DNA of 64,000 nucleotides from Candidatus Margulisiibacteriota bacterium (GTDB lineage Bacteria; Margulisbacteria; WOR-1; JAHJIW01): NCBI GenBank assembly GCA_018823125.1, contig JAHJIW010000005.1, positions 142,542 to 206,541 of the forward strand, read 5' to 3'. Shown piece by piece: positions 59,259 to 64,000 of this stretch (position 1 is its first letter; each line of letters starts with the position of its first letter). The notes under the pieces were generated by a model. It saw only the letters and a program-made list of their open reading frames with translations, ran no database searches and was not told where the DNA came from. The position numbers and the translations under genes were made by a program.

Positions 59259-59708
59259 ATGGTTATTAAAAGAAAAATGTTACGAAGCAAAAAATCAGAT
59301 ATTCCAAAATTTCGTAAAAAAGAATTAATCAGGTCGGTCTTTATAAAATCCATTAAAGCATATGAGGATGCTGAAATTTGTTTTGATGAAGGAAGATTTG
59401 GAGCCGCAATTTCAAGAGCTTACTTCTCTGTTTTTCATGCACTCAGGGCAATTCTGTTAATGCATGATTTATCATACTTAAAGCGTTCTAGCCTTATTAG
59501 CGCATTTTCAAAGTATTTTATAAAAGAGAATATTTTTCCTGCAGATTTTGTAATAAAAGCAAAAAAACTATGGAAATTCAGAAAAATAGCCGATTATGAT
59601 CCTAACCAATATGCTGGAGAACAAGATGCAGAAGTAAGCATTAATGATGCAAAAGAAATAACTTGGGCAATACAAACATTCTTGTTTAAGAAGCATTGGT
59701 GGGCATAA
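59259..59708 (+). CDS. HEPN-domain protein (PF05168-like), no adjacent nucleotidyltransferase partner
   Basis: 149 aa. AISRAYFSVFHALRAILL and LWKFRKIADYD helices are typical of the HEPN fold. Confidence 0.55.
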   Translation: MVIKRKMLRSKKSDIPKFRKKELIRSVFIKSIKAYEDAEICFDEGRFGAAISRAYFSVFHALRAILLMHDLSYLKRSSLISAFSKYFIKENIFPADFVIKAKKLWKFRKIADYDPNQYAGEQDAEVSINDAKEITWAIQTFLFKKHWWA

Positions 59709-59727
59709 GATAACTCCATGAAAATAG

Positions 59728-59756
59728 TTGATATTAATAAAGTATATTCTTATAAT
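59728..59756 (+). promoter_or_regulatory. Canonical sigma-70 promoter TTGATA-N17-TATAAT
   Basis: gTTGATAttaataaagtatattctTATAATat, 17 nt upstream of the ATG at 59774. Confidence 0.6.
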
Positions 59757-59773
59757 ATAAAAGGAGCGTAAAT

Positions 59774-60085
59774 ATGTCACTTAGCAAAAAGGATATATCA
59801 AATTTACAAGATATTTTTCTAACCAAATCAGAATTTAATACATTTAAAAATGATACGACAAGCTTTCAATATGAAATGATCGAATTCAGAAATGAAATGG
59901 CTGGGTTTAATAATGAAATGACCGGGTTTAAAAACGATGCAATGAATAATTTTGATGCGCTTTTTAAAAAACTAAGCGACATCAAAACCGAACTTATTTC
60001 CTTTGGCAATCATTATAAACGCCAGAACAAACTATTAGAAAATCATGAGGTAAGAATTCAGGGTTTAGAAGCAGCAAAAGCTTAA
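59774..60085 (+). CDS. Small coiled-coil protein with internal F-x-N-E/D-M-x-G/N-F repeats (103 aa)
   Basis: FKNDTTSF / FRNEMAGF / NNEMTGF / KNDAMNNF. The underlying DNA has ~24-nt imperfect tandem repeats (aatgaaatggctgggttt / aatgaaatgaccgggttt). Confidence 0.4.
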   Translation: MSLSKKDISNLQDIFLTKSEFNTFKNDTTSFQYEMIEFRNEMAGFNNEMTGFKNDAMNNFDALFKKLSDIKTELISFGNHYKRQNKLLENHEVRIQGLEAAKA

Positions 60086-61464
60086 ATAATATATTTTTTA
60101 TCTTTTACTAGTTTACTTGCTTTTCCCTCAAACCCAGGCTTACCCAACATAGCAAACATATACTTTTTATATGATTCTACACCTGGTTGATCATAGGTGT
60201 TAACGTTTAAGAGTTCTCCTTCATATGCAGTAGCCATTTCAAAAAAGTAGATCAGCTGACCAATATAATACTCATTAACTTCGGGAACCACAATCGTACA
60301 ACTAGGTCTTTTCTCGTTAACCAGCGCCCATTCGGTGCCTTCTTCGGCGGTATTGATTAATAATGAAAGGGGTTTATCAACTAAAAAGTCAGCGGATGCT
60401 TTAGGAACTGATATATCCCGGCGTGGTTTTTCGACTTTTAAGAAAGTTATTACCTTATTGTATTCACCTTCAACGTTATTTTGTTGAGTAGAGTGAAGAT
60501 CGGTAGTTCCAACCGATGGAATAGGAGTACGGCCAACATTGACCACTTTACCGTCTTTACTTAGTTTTTTACCCAAAGATTCGGCTAATAATTGAACGTA
60601 CCAATCGGCAAACATCTTCAATGAATCATTAAAAGGCATCAAAATTGAAATAGCTTTATTTTTTTCTTTATATAAAATTGTATGCAGTACCGCATAGAGT
60701 AGGGGTGCATTTTTGATTAAATCGGTAGATTGAGAAGCTTTATTCATATCTCCAGCACCGCGGAGTAATTCTTTAATATTAATGCCTGCAATGGCAGCCG
60801 TCACCAATCCAACCGGACATAAAACCGAAAATCTTCCTCCTACACCGTCCGGAACAATAAAAGATTTATAACCGTTCTGATTAGCTTCTTCGCGAAGAGT
60901 ACCTTTAGCTTTGTCAGTTACCGCAATAATTCGATTTTTAAGATCTTTAACGCCGGCTTTCCTGAGCCATTCCTTAACATTTTCAAAAGCGGCTTTAGTT
61001 TCGGTGGTGGTGCCAGATTTTGAAATAACCACAACTCCGGTTGTTTTTGGATCGAGATTATCTAAAAGTAGTTTTAATGATTCAGGATCAACGTTATTCC
61101 CAGAAAAATAGACTTTGGGTCGACCATCACGAACTGAATCAAAATCATTATAATATGGAGATTTTAATGAATCCTGGAGCATGCGGTTGCCTAAATATGA
61201 TCCACCAATGCCAAGTGAAATTACGGTTTTAAAACGTTTTGCAAAATCGTTTCCGGTAGCGACAATATCATCAATCAGTTTTTTTTCTTGATCAGGAAGC
61301 GCCATCCATTGGGTGCCGGTTTTAACTCTCAAAGCTTCATCACGCTGCATTTTATTAATTGTTGCTAGAGCGGCTTTAATGTCTGAGGTGATTTCGGGGA
61401 TAGACTTAATACCTTGGTCACCAACTTTTTCACTCATTAGATTGTTATAATCAAATTTAAGCAT
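60082..61464 (-). CDS. pgi: Glucose-6-phosphate isomerase, short (460 aa) bacterial type
   Basis: 460 aa. ISLGIGGSYLG and surrounding PGI signature regions. Confidence 0.75.
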   Translation of the reverse strand: MLKFDYNNLMSEKVGDQGIKSIPEITSDIKAALATINKMQRDEALRVKTGTQWMALPDQEKKLIDDIVATGNDFAKRFKTVISLGIGGSYLGNRMLQDSLKSPYYNDFDSVRDGRPKVYFSGNNVDPESLKLLLDNLDPKTTGVVVISKSGTTTETKAAFENVKEWLRKAGVKDLKNRIIAVTDKAKGTLREEANQNGYKSFIVPDGVGGRFSVLCPVGLVTAAIAGINIKELLRGAGDMNKASQSTDLIKNAPLLYAVLHTILYKEKNKAISILMPFNDSLKMFADWYVQLLAESLGKKLSKDGKVVNVGRTPIPSVGTTDLHSTQQNNVEGEYNKVITFLKVEKPRRDISVPKASADFLVDKPLSLLINTAEEGTEWALVNEKRPSCTIVVPEVNEYYIGQLIYFFEMATAYEGELLNVNTYDQPGVESYKKYMFAMLGKPGFEGKASKLVKDKKYII

Positions 61465-61521
61465 CGTAAAACCTCTTTTCTGTAAGATAGATTGGTATTA
61501 TATAGAGAAACGGGGTAGGGA

Positions 61522-63501
61522 TCAAGAAAGCAAGGAAAGGACGCCAAGTTCCTTTGCCTCGGCTAAAAATGAGGCTACTAACTCCTCTGAGTAGGTGCTT
61601 GGATTAGGCTTCTTCCATCTGCAAAGCTCTTCAAGATAGGCGGCCGGAATCTCCCTTCCAGATTCATGTATATCCACAACATCGGTTAACGCCTGCAAAG
61701 AAAATTTACCCAACAAAATCACCTGTAATTGTTTTGCGGATAAAGTGACCCAGGATTGTTTTAAAATATATAATAATAAACGTAACCCCCTCAGATTAAA
61801 CTGGTGATCGACTTCCGCAGTTGCAATTTGTCGTGCCAACATAACCGGAGCAATTTTTAAATGCCTCAAAGTAATACTATAGTGGCTATGAATACATAAA
61901 ATCAGATTTGCAGCAATTCCAATGTTTTGTTTCCGGGCCAGATAAGGATCCTCAATAATCCCGGCAACATCATGCCCGATGGCTATCAGATGTTTAACCG
62001 CTGCCAAACCAATTTGATTTAACATATCAATGGCCTCCTGGGTAGTGGCCATCCTTTCGACACGCTCAAAATACTTTAAGATAAAAATAGCTTCTGAATC
62101 CGGGTTTACTATATAGTGGCGTAAATAATTAAGCAGGGTTAAAAGTATTTCTTTTTCCCGGATGGCAATCATTTCTTCGCGCATTTCAAAAAATTGCTGA
62201 GTCTTTTGCATCAGCTCATCCAGGTTTAATTTACAAAGTACTCCTCTGGAAAATTGCCTTTTATAATCACGCATTTTAACTTCCCGCTGAGCAGCTTTGC
62301 GGGCATACGCCTCCAAGACAACCTCTGCCATAGTTCGTTTTATGCGAGCTGCAATTGGAAAACACACCGCAGATTCCTTGCCCATCCTATGTTTCGCATC
62401 ACCTTTCAAGCAGGCGGCATAGGCTTCCCGAAGTTTTTCTTGTACCGCCGCAGACGAACTAGTGCCGGATTGCATAATTTTAGCCGTGCGAAAAAGACGC
62501 AAAGCCCGGCCAAAATACCGAATCGCAGTAATAAACTTTGTGTTTCTTCCGCCGCGAGCATACGATTCCGCTGTTCCGATAAACCCTAACGCTAAATCAA
62601 TCTTGTCTTTAGCTACCAGGTACTGTGCTGTATTTAAAAAGGCTAAAGCAATCGTACTATCATTTATCCTTGCTGACTCAATATTAAGGATATTCGGATT
62701 AGTATCAAAAACCACTTGAGTAAATCCATAATTTCCAATCAAATATCTGGCATTCGCCTCAAGAGTGGCAACCGAAATCCCCACACAAGTCCTCAGTCTG
62801 GCTTCGAGGCTGGCTAAGGGGTAAAAAGTTTTGCCTCCAGCTTCAACCGCAACATCTTTCACCGCTTTGATATAACCAATAAACTCAGTATCCATGGCTA
62901 CAATAATTCTTGCCATGTTATGAATTGCCATGGAATTAACTTTCAGCGCTTCTCTTTTTATACCTTCAAAACTATCAATTACCTGAGAGAGACGATCTTC
63001 CGCCCGAACAATATATAGAATCTTTGCCGCAACAACATTAGATCGTGTTTGCGCCGGTGCGGCAAAAAACTCCATAAAAGCTGACTTTGCTGCTAAGCGC
63101 GGGGTTCCAGAAAGGTTAGCCTCACTAAATACCTGTCCAATGGCAACACAATTATTAATAAACCTTGCGTTTAAAGAATTACCAGAAATCATATCAGTAA
63201 TCATATCCATTTGCTTCTTTGAAGATATATCAAATGCCCGCAGGGCAATTTTCATTTTTTGAATTTTGCCCTGCAGAGCATTTAGCTGAACAGCAAATTC
63301 CTGATCGGTTGTGTCACATAGCAACTTTTTCCCAATTCCTTTCTGAATCAGCCATATCATTCTTTTTTTTCTTACAATTTCTAATCTGGACACAAATCGA
63401 TCAGTAACTGAACGGTTTCCGTGCACATTAATCGGAAATACCCTTTGCGGAATTTTGTATTGCTGACTTATGGTTGCTACACTGGATGCCATATAAAACA
63501 C
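61522..63501 (-). CDS. Large hypothetical protein with C-terminal HD-domain-like motif (659 aa)
   Basis: AVKHLIAIGHDVAGIIEDPY gives an H...HD metal-binding pattern. No GYP motif seen. The N-terminal 450 aa are unassigned. Confidence 0.5.
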   Translation of the reverse strand: MFYMASSVATISQQYKIPQRVFPINVHGNRSVTDRFVSRLEIVRKKRMIWLIQKGIGKKLLCDTTDQEFAVQLNALQGKIQKMKIALRAFDISSKKQMDMITDMISGNSLNARFINNCVAIGQVFSEANLSGTPRLAAKSAFMEFFAAPAQTRSNVVAAKILYIVRAEDRLSQVIDSFEGIKREALKVNSMAIHNMARIIVAMDTEFIGYIKAVKDVAVEAGGKTFYPLASLEARLRTCVGISVATLEANARYLIGNYGFTQVVFDTNPNILNIESARINDSTIALAFLNTAQYLVAKDKIDLALGFIGTAESYARGGRNTKFITAIRYFGRALRLFRTAKIMQSGTSSSAAVQEKLREAYAACLKGDAKHRMGKESAVCFPIAARIKRTMAEVVLEAYARKAAQREVKMRDYKRQFSRGVLCKLNLDELMQKTQQFFEMREEMIAIREKEILLTLLNYLRHYIVNPDSEAIFILKYFERVERMATTQEAIDMLNQIGLAAVKHLIAIGHDVAGIIEDPYLARKQNIGIAANLILCIHSHYSITLRHLKIAPVMLARQIATAEVDHQFNLRGLRLLLYILKQSWVTLSAKQLQVILLGKFSLQALTDVVDIHESGREIPAAYLEELCRWKKPNPSTYSEELVASFLAEAKELGVLSLLS

Positions 63502-63627
63502 TCTCCATAATAGTTATCGATCTCTATTAACCAGAATTTCATTTTTATTGAGTTATATTTTCCGGTTCAAAATAAAAGCCAGTGATGCTATACTCTGCTA
63601 GTAAACTTATGATTAAGGAGGCCCACC

Positions 63628-64000
63628 ATGAAAAAAATTGAATCCATCGGAGTAATCACCACCGGCGGCGATGCTCCCGGAATGAACACGGCCATTCGCG
63701 CCGTAGTCCGAACCGGGATCTATTACGGCATGCGCGTATTCGGAATTTTTAGAGGTTGGCGCGGTTTAGTAGAAAATCATATCTTTCAGATGGACTTAGC
63801 TTCAGTTGGAAATATTTTAAATCGCGGCGGAACTATTTTGCACACCGCGCGTTATCCCGAATTTAAACAAAAAAGACAAAAAGATATTGCCATGAAAAAC
63901 TTAAAAGAAAAGGGCATCCAGGGTCTGGTAGTTATCGGCGGCGATGGATCATTACGAGCTTCTGCCGCTTTATATAATGAATATAAGCTTCCGATAGTTA
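63628..64000 (+). CDS. pfkA: 6-phosphofructokinase, 3' end truncated by window edge
   Basis: MKKIESIGVITTGGDAPGMNTAIRAVVR...GGDGSLRAS. Confidence 0.85.
   Translation, partial: MKKIESIGVITTGGDAPGMNTAIRAVVRTGIYYGMRVFGIFRGWRGLVENHIFQMDLASVGNILNRGGTILHTARYPEFKQKRQKDIAMKNLKEKGIQGLVVIGGDGSLRASAALYNEYKLPIV

Overview
This 64-kb window comes from a low-GC, apparently Firmicutes-like bacterium. The signals for that are a strong AAGGAGGTGA Shine-Dalgarno, a TTG start on groES, a perfect CIRCE operator, extended -10 TGnTATAAT promoters and a tyrDC/tyrP pair. Most of the window is tightly packed housekeeping operons: typA, a DEAD-box helicase, a 12.4-kb plus-strand mega-operon (otsA-otsB-hypothetical-GT4-aroK-aroB-tyrS-ispF-gltX-pdxJ-rpiB-nucleotidyltransferase-GT4), hisH-hisA, ROK glucokinase, groESL, nusA-infB-rbfA-nrnA-truB-ligA, two pgi genes and pfkA. 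Three regions are accessory-like. (1) At the 5' end there is a defence island: a Type III R-M mod gene followed 3 nt later by a res gene that runs off the window edge, so the ORF track missed it; next to them are an N-terminal-TM protein and a protein with a C-terminal HEPN domain (R-N-x3-H). (2) A five-gene operon: ygiQ radical SAM / zinc ribbon / lipoprotein alpha-beta hydrolase / secreted protein / small TM protein. (3) The most unusual part is a ~15-kb block (28.95-44.0 kb) of 15 ORFs with no recognisable homology. It includes an 1871-aa coiled-coil protein with three Gly/Ala-rich hydrophobic segments, nine helical proteins of 58-136 aa and several Q/N/E/D-rich coiled-coil proteins of 380-550 aa. 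The block is organised as four transcription units, each preceded by the same conserved motif TTTCATGCAAGTTT-N12-CCCGATAW. That motif matches the sigma-28 (FliA/SigD) class promoter consensus TAAAGTTT-N11/12-GCCGATAA. None of the encoded proteins shows flagellin or hook-associated-protein terminal signatures. I interpret the block as a candidate undescribed sigma-28-type regulon of secreted, filament-forming or membrane-inserting proteins. Many short antisense ORFs in the track were rejected as spurious.
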